DNA of 64,000 nucleotides from a virus, in the IMG/VR virus record IMGVR_UViG_3300032294_001984, positions 3,967-67,966 of that record. One strand, 5' to 3'. The notes below the pieces were generated by a model. That model worked only from the letters and a program-made list of their open reading frames with translations, was not told the DNA's origin and made no database searches. Of this stretch, positions 15,822 through 26,803 are shown piece by piece; position 1 is the stretch's first letter, and every line of letters begins with the position of its first letter. Both the position numbers and the translations under genes were made by a program.

Positions 15822-17126
15822 ATGAGAAAGAAATTCAATGAACAAATAGATTATGGGGATAGACCTGAAAGAATGGACCCAAATTTGGAACGAAAATTAG
15901 GTAGTCCTGAAAACCTTTATGCAAGTAATCCTGCATTGAAAGGAGGTATTGAAGATGTTCAAAAATTGGTCAGTAAAAGGTTTCAAAAAGTCGCTCAAAA
16001 ATTAAGTCAAGTTACTGGTATTGAAGACCTTAGTTCAAAACAAGTCCAACAAATGATTTACTCAGAAATGATGAGAAAACTTCCTAATATTATGAGTATT
16101 GAAGGTAGACATAGAGATGAGTTGATTCAATTAGCAATTGACGCTTCTTTGGATGAAACTGAAACACCAGAAGGGTGGTATCAAATTGAAGCTAATTTAG
16201 GTATGCCGGACGCATCTAATTTTAGATTTGAACCTGAAGATGAAGAAGATGAAGAAGAAGAGGAGAATAAACCAAGTTTCCCATCTTTTGATATTGAGGA
16301 TTTGACTGATGAAGAAATTTTGGAGTTAGAAAAACATAAGAGAAATATTATTAGAGCAATTGTCCAAGGAAAGGCGAAAAAAAGTCATTACCTTTTTCAA
16401 AAACCTGAAATAAAGGCGAGATTAGATGCAATTAACCCATCATTATACAATGATTATTTGGGGATTATGGCAATCAATGACTTTATGTATTTTAGTATGG
16501 AACAAATGATTGAAATGATGAGTCAAACAGGTAATGGAGTTGCAGGTAAAGTTGAAGTAACTGATACTGATGAGGATGAAGATGGTGAAGGGGGTGAAGA
16601 CCAACCTAATACTAAAATAATTGCAACAGGTCTTATATTTCCAATACTTTGTCATGAAATCGTTAAGGGGTTGGAGGATGCAACAGCACGATATGGATTA
16701 CCTCAAGACATAAGTCTCGCAAAAAAAGTTATCGGACAAACGGACACTTTATCAAATGAACCAATGCAATTAAGAATTGGCCCTGAGATAGTTGAAAGAA
16801 TTAGATTTGCGTTACCTGATGAAATATTTGACCCAAGTAATAAAGGATTAATAAATTGGTTCCACATTCTATTATACCAAATTGAGGCTCAAGAATTTTT
16901 AGATGTAATTGGTAATGCAATTTCTGACGATAAATCAAAAGTCAAACTAGCAACAAACAGATTTAAAGAAATCGTTAAAGAAGCAATGGTTATGAAACAA
17001 CAGTTTGAAGATTATAAAGAAAGTCAAGGTTCTGAATCTGAGGATGCTGATTCAAACGATGATGACGATGATATGTTAGATGACTTTTTAAGTGATTTAG
17101 GAATACCTAGAGCACCAAGAAATTAA
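15822..17126 (+). CDS. Hypothetical protein
   Basis: 434-aa ORF immediately before the terminase. Confidence 0.75.
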   Translation: MRKKFNEQIDYGDRPERMDPNLERKLGSPENLYASNPALKGGIEDVQKLVSKRFQKVAQKLSQVTGIEDLSSKQVQQMIYSEMMRKLPNIMSIEGRHRDELIQLAIDASLDETETPEGWYQIEANLGMPDASNFRFEPEDEEDEEEEENKPSFPSFDIEDLTDEEILELEKHKRNIIRAIVQGKAKKSHYLFQKPEIKARLDAINPSLYNDYLGIMAINDFMYFSMEQMIEMMSQTGNGVAGKVEVTDTDEDEDGEGGEDQPNTKIIATGLIFPILCHEIVKGLEDATARYGLPQDISLAKKVIGQTDTLSNEPMQLRIGPEIVERIRFALPDEIFDPSNKGLINWFHILLYQIEAQEFLDVIGNAISDDKSKVKLATNRFKEIVKEAMVMKQQFEDYKESQGSESEDADSNDDDDDMLDDFLSDLGIPRAPRN

Positions 17127-17129
17127 TGT

Positions 17130-18890
17130 GTGAATAAAGAACAACTAATAATTGAAGTTACGAAGTGTATGAGGAATACTCCTTACGCACTTCGAACTTA
17201 CTTACAAACTTACGATAATACCGTATCCAAATACGTCCCATTGGACTTATTCCCCGACCAAGTCAGTTTAATAGAAGATTACGATAGGTATAACGAGAAT
17301 ATTGCGTTAAAGTATCGTCAGGCGGGTGTATCCACAGTTACCGCAGCTTGGATATCTAAAAGGTTGGTCTTTGCCAAAAAGAATAAACCCGAGAAAATCC
17401 TTATTATTGCCAACAAGTTAGATACATCAGTTGAGATGGCAAACAAGGTAAGAGGATTTACCGAACAATGGCCGGCATGGGTCGGAGTTACTTTCTCAAA
17501 AGAAAAAAACTCGCAAAGACACTTTAAACTTAGTAATGATTGTGAAGTAAAATCAGTCGCAACTTCAAAGGATGCCTTGAGAGGTTATACCCCAACCATT
17601 CTTGTATTTGACGAGGCGGCGTTTATCGAAGCGGATTCAGATTTCTGGTCTGCGTGTATGGCGTCCCTATCTACCGGAGGTAAAGTTATTGTGGTATCCA
17701 CTCCAAACGGATACGACCCGATTTATTACGAAATTTACGACCAATCATTAAGAAACATGAATGATTTCAAAATATCTGAAATGTTTTGGTATCGTGACCC
17801 GAGATATACAAAAGATTTGTATATGGTTAAAACTAATGACTTGGTTCATTATTTGTTAAATCGAGAAGAATATTCTGAAAAAGATATCATCAACTTATCG
17901 ATGGAAAATCCATATGAAAGAGACCATTCGGTCGTAACGGATTACATTTCACAAGGATATAAACCATGTTCCGCATGGTTTGAGGGTATGGTTAAAAAGT
18001 TAAAGTTTGACCGAAGAAAGGTTGCTCAAGAGTTAGAATGTAACTTCTTGGGTTCCGGTGATAACGTATTTGAGTCTGAATTAATGCAGAATATCTCGAA
18101 AAATATGTTATGTGAGCCACAAGCTAAACTTATGGGGGGTTCATTATGGATATTTAAAGAACCCGTAAACGGTCACAAATACGTTATGGGTGTGGATGTA
18201 TCTCGTGGTGATTCTGAGGACTTTTCGTGTATCCAAATCATTGATTTTGATGAAAGAGAACAGGTGTTAGAATATGTTGCCAAAATTCCACCGGATGTAT
18301 TAGCAGAAATTGCATATAAATGGGGAACGATGTATAATGCTTATTGTGTAATAGATATTACGGGAGGTATGGGTATATCAACCGCGAGAAAAATGCAAGA
18401 ATTAAACTATCAAGGTGGTTTATATGTTGATAATGTTGATACAAGTAATAAGTGGAAATGGGACCCAAAAATAAATGATAAAATACCGGGTATTAATTTC
18501 AACTCCAAAAGAGTTCAAATTATTGCTGCTTTTGAAGAGGCCGTTAGACATGGGTTTAAAACCTATTCTAATAGGTTGTATAATGAGATGAATACCTTTG
18601 TTTATATCAATGGTAGACCTGACCATCAAAAGGGTCACCATGACGATTGTATTATGGGTATTTCCATGGCGTTATATGTTGCGGAAAAATCATTCCAATC
18701 TTTAGAGAAAGTAACTAATCATACTAAGGCGATGATTAACTCATGGGCAACCACAGTTAATGAAAATAAAAACTCTTCCGACTTCTTTAACCCAATGGTT
18801 CCACAAATGGGTAGGAATGGTAATTTAAACAATACCGGAGAAGCAACTAAAAGTGATTATCAGAAATATGGGTGGTTATTTGGGGCTTAA
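17130..18890 (+). CDS. Terminase large subunit (T4 gp17-like)
   Basis: KYRQAGVST Walker A, LVFDEAAF Walker B, VSTPNG, and nuclease motifs GVDVSRG and HDDCIM. Confidence 0.93.
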   Translation: MNKEQLIIEVTKCMRNTPYALRTYLQTYDNTVSKYVPLDLFPDQVSLIEDYDRYNENIALKYRQAGVSTVTAAWISKRLVFAKKNKPEKILIIANKLDTSVEMANKVRGFTEQWPAWVGVTFSKEKNSQRHFKLSNDCEVKSVATSKDALRGYTPTILVFDEAAFIEADSDFWSACMASLSTGGKVIVVSTPNGYDPIYYEIYDQSLRNMNDFKISEMFWYRDPRYTKDLYMVKTNDLVHYLLNREEYSEKDIINLSMENPYERDHSVVTDYISQGYKPCSAWFEGMVKKLKFDRRKVAQELECNFLGSGDNVFESELMQNISKNMLCEPQAKLMGGSLWIFKEPVNGHKYVMGVDVSRGDSEDFSCIQIIDFDEREQVLEYVAKIPPDVLAEIAYKWGTMYNAYCVIDITGGMGISTARKMQELNYQGGLYVDNVDTSNKWKWDPKINDKIPGINFNSKRVQIIAAFEEAVRHGFKTYSNRLYNEMNTFVYINGRPDHQKGHHDDCIMGISMALYVAEKSFQSLEKVTNHTKAMINSWATTVNENKNSSDFFNPMVPQMGRNGNLNNTGEATKSDYQKYGWLFGA

Positions 18891-18930
18891 TAACTATTTA
18901 TATTATCAAGGTAATTAGTAAATTTAAATT

Positions 18931-20784
18931 ATGAACGAAAACAATCTTACAGTTTGGCAGAGGTTGTCCAAGACATTCGGACCGAACTCTTTATTAAAAC
19001 AAGATTATCCAACTTTTAAGTTTGATAAAAAAGAACTTTTAAGAACTACAAATAGGGATGATTTTGAAAGAGAAAAACTTCAGGCACAACAAACGTTTTA
19101 TTTAACAAACCAATGGGCTAAAGTTGAAAACAACTTATACTCTCAAGCAATATATTACGAACCATCAAGATTATCCGCACAATATGACTACGAATCAATG
19201 GAGTATACTCCTGAGATTTCAGCAGCATTAGACATTTATTCTGAAGAATCAACAACAACAACTGAGGATGGTTTTATTCTTCAAATTTTCTCAGAATCAA
19301 AAAGAATTAAATCTGTTTTAGCGGACTTATTTAACAACGCACTCGATATTAACACCAATTTACCAATGTGGACAAGAAACACTTGTAAGTATGGTGATAA
19401 CTTTATTTACTTAAAATTAGACCCTGAAAAGGGGATTGTTGGTTGCCAACAATTACCAACAATTGAAATTGAACGTCATGAGGTAGGAGTTGCTGGTCGA
19501 ATTTCTCAAGATATTACCAAAGAAAAAGATGAGAACAAAAAAGGACTTCACTTTACTTGGAAAAATAGAAATATGGAATTCCAATCATGGGAAGTTGCAC
19601 ATTTTAGATTATTAGGTGATGACCGAAAACTTCCTTATGGTACTTCTATGTTGGAGAAAGCAAGACGTATTTGGAAACAATTATTATTATCTGAAGATGC
19701 GATGTTAATTTATCGTACATCAAGAGCACCTGAAAGAAGAATGTTTAAAGTATTTGTTGGAAACATGAATGATGATGACGTTGAAGCATATGTAAACCGT
19801 GTTGCTAATAAGTTTAAAAGAGAACAGGTTGTGGATTCAAAAACAGGTAATGTGGATATGAGATTTAATCAAATGGCGGTTGACCAAGATTACTTCATTC
19901 CTGTTCGTGACCCTTCGGCTCCGGACCCAATAACAACATTACCAGGAGCAACAAATTTATCAGAGATTGCGGATATTGAATACATTCAAAAGAAATTATT
20001 AACAGCTCTTCGTGTTCCTAAGGCATTCTTAGGGTTTGAAGAAGTTGTTGGAGATGGTAAAAATTTATCGTTACAGGATATTCGTTTCGCAAGAACTATA
20101 AATAGAATTCAAAAAAGTATGATTGCTGAGTTAAACAAAATTGCAATCGTTCACTTATTTCTATTAGGATTTGAAGATGAATTACAGAACTTTACATTAG
20201 GATTATCTAACCCATCTACACAGGCAGATTTATTAAAAATTGATGTTTGGAAAGAAAAGGTTTTATTATACAAAGACTTGGTTTCAGACCCAGGAAATGG
20301 TATCCAACCTACATCATCAACATGGGCTAAAAAACATATCTTTGGATGGTCTGATGAAGAGATTAGATTGGATTTACAACAACAAAGAATTGAAAGAGCT
20401 GTTGGTGAAGAACTTAAAGCAACCCCTACAGTTATCTCTAAAACAGGTATTTTTGATAATATTGATAAGTTATACGGAAATTCCGGAAAACCTGCGGCTC
20501 CGGGACAAACACCACCTGAGGGAACAGACGATACTTTAGGAGGAGGATTTGGAGGAGAATCACCATTACCTCCAGCAGGCGGAGAATCACCATTACCTCC
20601 AGCGGGCGGAGAAGCGCCTGAATCGGGAGGTGGAGCAGAAATCACTCCTGAATCCAAACAAAAAAACATGAACTTATTAATAGAAAATAATCTTTTAGAG
20701 GGGTCAAAAATACTCGATTTAGGTCAAGCGCAAGAATCTTTAGGAGAAATTTCAAAAGAATTGGATAAGTTACTAAATTCATAA
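18931..20784 (+). CDS. Portal protein (T4 gp20-like)
   Basis: EDAMLIYRTSRAPERRMF, DYFIPVR, ITTLPGA and ALRVPKAFL. Confidence 0.93.
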   Translation: MNENNLTVWQRLSKTFGPNSLLKQDYPTFKFDKKELLRTTNRDDFEREKLQAQQTFYLTNQWAKVENNLYSQAIYYEPSRLSAQYDYESMEYTPEISAALDIYSEESTTTTEDGFILQIFSESKRIKSVLADLFNNALDINTNLPMWTRNTCKYGDNFIYLKLDPEKGIVGCQQLPTIEIERHEVGVAGRISQDITKEKDENKKGLHFTWKNRNMEFQSWEVAHFRLLGDDRKLPYGTSMLEKARRIWKQLLLSEDAMLIYRTSRAPERRMFKVFVGNMNDDDVEAYVNRVANKFKREQVVDSKTGNVDMRFNQMAVDQDYFIPVRDPSAPDPITTLPGATNLSEIADIEYIQKKLLTALRVPKAFLGFEEVVGDGKNLSLQDIRFARTINRIQKSMIAELNKIAIVHLFLLGFEDELQNFTLGLSNPSTQADLLKIDVWKEKVLLYKDLVSDPGNGIQPTSSTWAKKHIFGWSDEEIRLDLQQQRIERAVGEELKATPTVISKTGIFDNIDKLYGNSGKPAAPGQTPPEGTDDTLGGGFGGESPLPPAGGESPLPPAGGEAPESGGGAEITPESKQKNMNLLIENNLLEGSKILDLGQAQESLGEISKELDKLLNS

Positions 20785-20808
20785 TATTTATATTGAAAAC
20801 ACAGTATA

Positions 20809-21507
20809 ATGACTTTCGGACAAATTAAATCTTTAATAGAGAAAAATCTTATTGAATCCTACAAGAGTGAAAAGGAATTCAAAAAATCTTTAAAAGAATT
20901 CAAACACAATGTTTTGAATAATAAACACATGGCAAAGTTGTATTCATTATACGACCAATTAAGTACGCCACAGGGTTTAAATGAATCCGACGCCAAAGAT
21001 TTTTTAGAAGAAGGTGTTAATTTAATTCAACAAATATTACCAAATATTAAGTTGCCAAAAACTTTATCGGAAAATATTGAAAACAAATATTCTGATATTG
21101 ATTCTCTTGTATATTCAAACAAATTAAATTTATTAGAAAGGGTAAATTCAAAAAAGAATATCACTAATGTTTTAACGTCTAATGAAACACCAATAAAAGA
21201 ATCTGTTAACTTACCACTAAAATCAATGGTAAGTATTGCAAATCAAACATTACAAAAATATATCGATACTTTGGATGAATCTTCAAGAAAAGAATTTATT
21301 CAATTGATTTCTGAAGACACAGAAACTCTTGAGAATAAGTTTGAAACAATTCGCGAAAGTGCAATTACAAAACTTAACTTGATGTTAGAAAAAGAGCAGG
21401 AGTTTGAATTAAAAACAAAATTGTCAGAAACTATTGATAAATTAAAAACTGAAAAGTTTGACCAATTAAATTTTCTTAAGTTAAAAAACTTAGAAGAGTC
21501 AATCTAA
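20809..21507 (+). CDS. Hypothetical head-module protein
   Basis: 232-aa helical ORF after the portal. Confidence 0.75.
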   Translation: MTFGQIKSLIEKNLIESYKSEKEFKKSLKEFKHNVLNNKHMAKLYSLYDQLSTPQGLNESDAKDFLEEGVNLIQQILPNIKLPKTLSENIENKYSDIDSLVYSNKLNLLERVNSKKNITNVLTSNETPIKESVNLPLKSMVSIANQTLQKYIDTLDESSRKEFIQLISEDTETLENKFETIRESAITKLNLMLEKEQEFELKTKLSETIDKLKTEKFDQLNFLKLKNLEESI

Positions 21508-21687
21508 GGAATTTTTAATTTTTTGAGTATAGGAAGCCTTTAATATTTGAGTTCTCCTACCAATAGATTTTTTAACAAATTCTTTTTTTTCTAAAAGAAT
21601 TTTATTCTGTTTAGTTTTATTTACCTTGTATTTGAAAGTCTTTAATGCTTTCTCAATCTCATTATTATTAATTTCTACGATAATCAT
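21499..21687 (-). CDS. rpsU: Phage-encoded ribosomal protein bS21
   Basis: From ATG21687: MIIVEINNNEIEKALKTFKYKV...KKEFVKKSIGRR, matching the bS21 pattern. Confidence 0.85.
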   Translation of the reverse strand: MIIVEINNNEIEKALKTFKYKVNKTKQNKILLEKKEFVKKSIGRRTQILKASYTQKIKNSLD

Positions 21688-21785
21688 ATATAACAAATAT
21701 CGCAATTTAGTGAAAAAATTTTGACAACACACAATATTTTTGTTACTTTTATAAAAAAAATAAACATAAGCAAGAATTATGATTA

Positions 21786-22217
21786 ATGAAAAAAGGTAAA
21801 AGTGTGAAATTGAATTTATTCAGTCCAATAAAATCAGTATATGGGACAGTGGATTCTAAAAATTTAAAATCATTATACATTAACATTCAGTCGTGGGTTT
21901 CCCCAAAATTTGAACACGATAATTGGAACCGAGTGGTAGGGGATTTAAATAAAGAAATAAAACATTCCGTGTTTAATTCAATCGATACTAATTTGTTTAA
22001 AGAACAAAGTATTGTTGATTTAGATTTAAGGTCGAGTGGATTATCTAAAGGTAAAAAATCATTTTTTAATTTAGAGGTTAATCTTTATACCACAAAGGAA
22101 TTGGACTTTAAATGTCCGGAATTAAAAGAGTCTGTTAAAAAAATAATAAAAAATATTGTTAAAGATAATGTAATTGAAAATAAATTCTTTACGTTTTCTA
22201 TATCAAAAAGTAAATAA
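21786..22217 (+). CDS. Hypothetical protein
   Basis: 143-aa ORF in the head module. Confidence 0.7.
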   Translation: MKKGKSVKLNLFSPIKSVYGTVDSKNLKSLYINIQSWVSPKFEHDNWNRVVGDLNKEIKHSVFNSIDTNLFKEQSIVDLDLRSSGLSKGKKSFFNLEVNLYTTKELDFKCPELKESVKKIIKNIVKDNVIENKFFTFSISKSK

Positions 22218-22254
22218 AGATTACATTTCGATATATTTATCTTAAAAACAATCA

Positions 22255-22977
22255 ATGAAACAATTAAGAATTTTAGAAGCGAATGAAATTGGTCATGGTA
22301 TTTTAATCGAAATGGATGCCGGTTGGGTATCTCCAAAAGACATACGTAATGCGGATATATTAAAAGAAGCCTCAAATTTAGATTATAGAAATCCATTTGA
22401 ATTTTATGCGGTTTTACAGAAATACGATACTCCAAATAGAAACGGAAGATTCTATCCTGAAAGAATATTAAAAAGAGAAGCTGACAACTATAAGAAAGCA
22501 ATTGCTAAAGGATTATCAACTTCAGAACTTAATCACCCTGAGTCATCTCTTATTGATTTAGATAGAGTATCACACATTATTACAGATATATGGTGGGATA
22601 AGAATATCCTAATGGGAAAACTTAAGTTATTAACATCACCAGGATTTCACGAAAGAGGTATTGTATCGACTAAGGGAGACCAAGCGGCAAATCTTATGAG
22701 ACAAGGTGTAACTATGGGAGTTTCTTCAAGAGGAGTTGGTTCTTTGAAAAAGGTTGGAGAAAGAAATGAAGTTCAAGATGATTTTGAATTAATTTGTTTT
22801 GACTTAGTATCATCTCCATCAACACCGGGAGCGTATTTGTTCACTAAACCTGAAGATAGAGAGAAGTATGAAGAGAATTTAGAGGAAGAAAAAAAATATA
22901 AATCACCTGAAAATTCAGAATTTCAAACGAAAGGGGTTGACTTAATGAGAAAATTAACCGATTATTTGGGAAAATAA
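22255..22977 (+). CDS. Prohead core protease (T4 gp21-like)
   Basis: NRNGRFYP, ELNHP, GVSSRGVGSL and DLVSSPSTPGA. Confidence 0.93.
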   Translation: MKQLRILEANEIGHGILIEMDAGWVSPKDIRNADILKEASNLDYRNPFEFYAVLQKYDTPNRNGRFYPERILKREADNYKKAIAKGLSTSELNHPESSLIDLDRVSHIITDIWWDKNILMGKLKLLTSPGFHERGIVSTKGDQAANLMRQGVTMGVSSRGVGSLKKVGERNEVQDDFELICFDLVSSPSTPGAYLFTKPEDREKYEENLEEEKKYKSPENSEFQTKGVDLMRKLTDYLGK

Positions 22978-22986
22978 AATTAAAAT

Positions 22987-23196
22987 ATGGAAGAAAAATT
23001 TTTTGTAGCAAAAGTTCAGTATGATTTACCAGATGAGAATAGTGGTAAGATTAAAAAAATCAGAGAGGAAAAACTTGTAAAAGGATACTCTGTTACAGAT
23101 GTGGAAGCAAAGGTAACTGAAAAATATCAAGGATTTACTCATGAATGGAGAATCACCTCAGTATCTGAAAGTAAGATTGATGAAGTTATTGATTAA
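22987..23196 (+). CDS. Small protein, DUF4494-like
   Basis: FVAKVQY...GKIKKIREEKLV..YSVTDVEAKV resembles this Bacteroidota family (recognised from memory). Confidence 0.6.
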   Translation: MEEKFFVAKVQYDLPDENSGKIKKIREEKLVKGYSVTDVEAKVTEKYQGFTHEWRITSVSESKIDEVID

Positions 23197-23240
23197 TCTA
23201 AAACAAAAAAATAAATTGGTTTATTTAAACCAATTAAGTT

Positions 23241-23268
23241 AAAGTGGTCTATTTTGACCACTTTTTTT
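23241..23268 (+). terminator. Intrinsic terminator
   Basis: AAAGTGGTC/GACCACTTT stem followed by a T-tract. Confidence 0.75.
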
Positions 23269-23394
23269 ATGCTCGGTGATATTTATCAAATAAATAAACC
23301 TACTAATATTCAAAAAAATAATATTTCCCAATCAATAAATGGGATTTTTAATTTTTTGGTAATATTTATTAGTTAAAATAAATATATTTCCGAT

Positions 23395-24903
23395 ATGAGT
23401 GAAAACAAATTAGTTCAAGAGGCCCTTATTCAAATGAAACAAGTTGAAGAAGCTATAGCCGAAAATGCAAAAGGAATACTTGCTTCTACAATGAAGGAAG
23501 AAATCAATCAATTAGTAAAGGAATCTCTTTCTGAACAAGATGAGGAAGATGAGGTTAATTTAGATGCTGACATGGAAATGTCCGCTGATAACGATGACGT
23601 AGAGACGGATATGGATTTTGGTTCGGATGATGATATGGAAATGGATTTTGACATGGAAATGGATTCTGATGAAATGCCAATTGACTTAACCAACGCTTCT
23701 GATGAAGAAATTCTAAAAGTATTCAAAGCTATGGGAGAAAATGATGGTATTATCGTAAAAAAAGACGGTGATGATGTTCATTTAACTGATAGTGATGCTG
23801 ATGTTGAATATCTTGTAAAACTTGGGGAATCTGAAGAAGACATGATGGAAGAATATGACGACATGATGGAAGAAGAAGATGATGAGACTACTAATGATAT
23901 TATCGACGCTATTTTTAGTGGTGATATGTCAGGTATCGACGAAGAGGAAGAAGACATGGACGAAGTTGTTTACGAAATCGAAATGGACGAAGAAGATATG
24001 GACGAAGAAGACATGGACGAAGTTGTTTACGAAATCGAAATGGATGACGAAGACATGGATGACGAAGACATGGATGACATGACTAATGAAACCTACAAAC
24101 CTAAAGGTGTTGGAATTGGTAAAGGTCCTAAATTCTCTTACAACGACAAAGCTGCAGGAGGATTTAAAGAAGACAAAAAACAAGGTCCTAAAACAATGGG
24201 AACCGGAAAAGCTAAATTCGAATACAAGAAAGGTGCAAACATGGAAGGTAAGTCCAAAGTTGTTAAATCTGAAACCAAAGAGGGCGATTACGGAATGAAT
24301 AAAGGTGATAAGTCCAAAACAATGAAAGGTAAAGAAGATTACACAACTAAAAAAGGAGACACTCTTAAAAGAAAGGCTTTCGAAAAAGAAGAAACTAAGG
24401 AAGCTGCAAGAACTTATGGAATGGGTTCTAAAGAAGGTAGAGGATTAAGAAAAGGTATAACACCTAACAGAAACTATGTTTATGGTAAAAATGGTGTTAA
24501 AACTGAATCTACTCAAGAAGAAGTTAGTATGTTGAGAGAAAAAAATGAAGAATACAGAAAAGCATTAAATGTTTTCAGAGAAAAACTTAATGAAGTTGCA
24601 ATCTTCAACTCAAACTTAGCTTACGCTACGAGATTGTTCACAGAACATTCAACTACTAAAAAAGAAAAAATAAATATCCTTAGAAGATTTGACAATGTTG
24701 ACACTTTAAAAGAATCTAAAACTCTTTATAAGTCAATCAAAGATGAATTATCTAAGGTAGAAACAAAATCAATCAACGAATCAGTAGGTACTAAATTAAG
24801 TAAAACCGTATCTACAGGTTCATCAACAACATTAATCGAAACTAAAACTTACGAAAATCCTCAATTATTAAGAATGAAGGATTTGATTAGTAAGTTGGGT
24901 TAA
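23395..24903 (+). CDS. Prohead core/scaffolding protein (T4 gp22-like)
   Basis: Highly acidic coiled-coil ORF between the protease and the major capsid protein. Confidence 0.75.
   Translation: MSENKLVQEALIQMKQVEEAIAENAKGILASTMKEEINQLVKESLSEQDEEDEVNLDADMEMSADNDDVETDMDFGSDDDMEMDFDMEMDSDEMPIDLTNASDEEILKVFKAMGENDGIIVKKDGDDVHLTDSDADVEYLVKLGESEEDMMEEYDDMMEEEDDETTNDIIDAIFSGDMSGIDEEEEDMDEVVYEIEMDEEDMDEEDMDEVVYEIEMDDEDMDDEDMDDMTNETYKPKGVGIGKGPKFSYNDKAAGGFKEDKKQGPKTMGTGKAKFEYKKGANMEGKSKVVKSETKEGDYGMNKGDKSKTMKGKEDYTTKKGDTLKRKAFEKEETKEAARTYGMGSKEGRGLRKGITPNRNYVYGKNGVKTESTQEEVSMLREKNEEYRKALNVFREKLNEVAIFNSNLAYATRLFTEHSTTKKEKINILRRFDNVDTLKESKTLYKSIKDELSKVETKSINESVGTKLSKTVSTGSSTTLIETKTYENPQLLRMKDLISKLG
23947..24044 (+). 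repeat. In-frame direct repeat in the scaffold gene (41 nt identical, period 57 nt)
   Basis: GAAGAAGACATGGACGAAGTTGTTTACGAAATCGAAATGGA at 23947 and 24004. Confidence 0.85.
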
Positions 24904-24939
24904 TAAATAAAAATAAATCTAAAACAAAACAATACTAAA

Positions 24940-26748
24940 ATGGGAGCATTATTAGAATCAGGTCTTGTTGGTAACATCGGGTTGAAACACCTTAAAGTTA
25001 TTAAAGAAGACACAATCAACAAATGGGACAAATTAGGATTCTTAGAGGGTCTTAAAGGTCACATGAGAGAAAACGTAGCACAATTATACGAAAACCAAGC
25101 ATCATATTTAATTAATGAGGCATCAACTACATCTGATACAGGTGCATTTGAAACAGTTGTTTTCCCAATCGTTAGACGTGTATTCTCTAAATTATTAGCA
25201 AACGACATCGTTTCAGTACAGGCTATGAACTTACCAATTGGTAAATTGTTCTACTTTGTACCTAACATTCAATCTTACGAAAACGGAGGGGCTAATAACA
25301 CAGGTATCCACTACGCACCATATGGAGCACCAGGTGCAACACAAACTAGTCCTAACGCAGGTTATGACTATAACTTAACTAAAGACCTTTACGATAGATT
25401 CTACGAAGGTAACGAACCGGCATTAGACCCACCAGGTTTATTTGATTATTCAAAAGGACAATATTCATCAATTACCGCACCTGATACAGCAGTAGTAACT
25501 GTTGCTTGGGATGGTAGTGTTTTAGTTCCAAGTGCTTATACTCAAACTGACTATAGAAAAGTATTAATCGCAATGTCAGGATTTGCATCGGCTGGAGCTG
25601 GTAAATTAATCGGTCCTGATGGTCAACCAATGGATAACGAATCGTTCTTAGCTGATTTAACAATTAGAGGAGCTCAAGGAAATACAACAACATCCGCAAA
25701 TACAAGCAATAATTATTTATTCAGAGTTGTAACTCAAAAATATGGTAGAGGTATTGTTCAGTATGGTAATAACAACGCATCATTACCATTTCCTAGTAGT
25801 GAAACTGGTGGAGGTCAATATGATAACCTATGTGACGCAAATGGTGTAATCTACTTAGAAGTTGATTTACAAGTACCGGTTTGTATTACTTGTGGTGGTT
25901 CATTAGACGGTTACACAGGTTCAACATTTTCATCTAATACCACAGTAAATACCGCATTTGTTGCGAGTTATAGAATCTACAAAAACTTAGAGTTTGAAGA
26001 TAGAATTGGTGAGGTTTCTTTTGACCTTCAATCAGTAACTGTTTCTGTAACAGAAAGAAAATTAAGAGCTCAATGGTCTCCTGAAATGGCACAAGACGTT
26101 GCGGCTTTCCATAACATTGATGCTGAAGCTGAGTTAACTGCATTGTTATCTGAGCAAGTTGCGGCTGAAATCGACCGTGAAATCTTAAGAGATTTACGTA
26201 AAGGTGCAGCTTGGAACTTGAGATGGGATTACAATGGTTGGAAACGTCTTGGTTCAAGTGCAGTTCCTTATACTCAAAAAGATTGGAACCAAACTTTAAT
26301 CACAGCAATCAACCAAATTTCAGCTCAAATCCACAAATCAACATTGAGAGGTGGAGCAAACTGGATAGTTGTTTCTTCTGAAATCAGTGCAATTTTTGAT
26401 GATTTGGAATATTTCCACGTATCAAACGCGGCTCCTGAACAAGACCAATACAACATGGGTATTGAAAGAGTTGGAACATTAGCTGGTCGTTACCAAGTAT
26501 ATAGAGACCCTTACTTCCCACCTAACCAAGTGTTAATGGGACACAAAGGAACATCTTTATTGGATACAGGGTACATTTACGCACCATACGTTCCATTACA
26601 ATTAACTCCAACTATGTACAATCCGTTTAACTTTACACCAATCAAAGGTATCATGACTAGATACGCGAAAAAAATGGTGAACAACAGATTTTACGGAAGA
26701 ATTACTGTAGATGGTGTTAGAACATTTGATTTAAGAGAATTGAGATAA
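24940..26748 (+). CDS. Major capsid protein (T4 gp23-like)
   Basis: VSVQAMNLPIG, RKLRAQWSPEMAQD, AEIDREI, YAPYVPL and GIMTRY. Confidence 0.95.
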   Translation: MGALLESGLVGNIGLKHLKVIKEDTINKWDKLGFLEGLKGHMRENVAQLYENQASYLINEASTTSDTGAFETVVFPIVRRVFSKLLANDIVSVQAMNLPIGKLFYFVPNIQSYENGGANNTGIHYAPYGAPGATQTSPNAGYDYNLTKDLYDRFYEGNEPALDPPGLFDYSKGQYSSITAPDTAVVTVAWDGSVLVPSAYTQTDYRKVLIAMSGFASAGAGKLIGPDGQPMDNESFLADLTIRGAQGNTTTSANTSNNYLFRVVTQKYGRGIVQYGNNNASLPFPSSETGGGQYDNLCDANGVIYLEVDLQVPVCITCGGSLDGYTGSTFSSNTTVNTAFVASYRIYKNLEFEDRIGEVSFDLQSVTVSVTERKLRAQWSPEMAQDVAAFHNIDAEAELTALLSEQVAAEIDREILRDLRKGAAWNLRWDYNGWKRLGSSAVPYTQKDWNQTLITAINQISAQIHKSTLRGGANWIVVSSEISAIFDDLEYFHVSNAAPEQDQYNMGIERVGTLAGRYQVYRDPYFPPNQVLMGHKGTSLLDTGYIYAPYVPLQLTPTMYNPFNFTPIKGIMTRYAKKMVNNRFYGRITVDGVRTFDLRELR

Positions 26749-26769
26749 TCAATCTTTAACAAATACACT

Positions 26770-26803
26770 AAAAGGAGACAATTTATTGTCTCCTTTTTTT
26801 TTT
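26770..26803 (+). terminator. Terminator after the major capsid gene
   Basis: AAAAGGAGACAAT/ATTGTCTCCTTTT stem followed by a long T-tract. Confidence 0.85.

Noticed and set aside
13682-20669. Longer antisense ORFs (13682..14032, 14324..14656, 20151..20669)
   Set aside because: They are shadows of Pro/Gly/acidic tracts in well-supported plus-strand genes.
23879-24298. Alternative-frame ORFs and repeats in the scaffold gene
   Set aside because: They are by-products of the D/E/M low-complexity tract and a simple in-frame duplication.
17130-26748. Introns or inteins in terminase, portal or capsid genes
   Set aside because: The ORFs are continuous and of ordinary length, with no intein or LAGLIDADG motifs seen.
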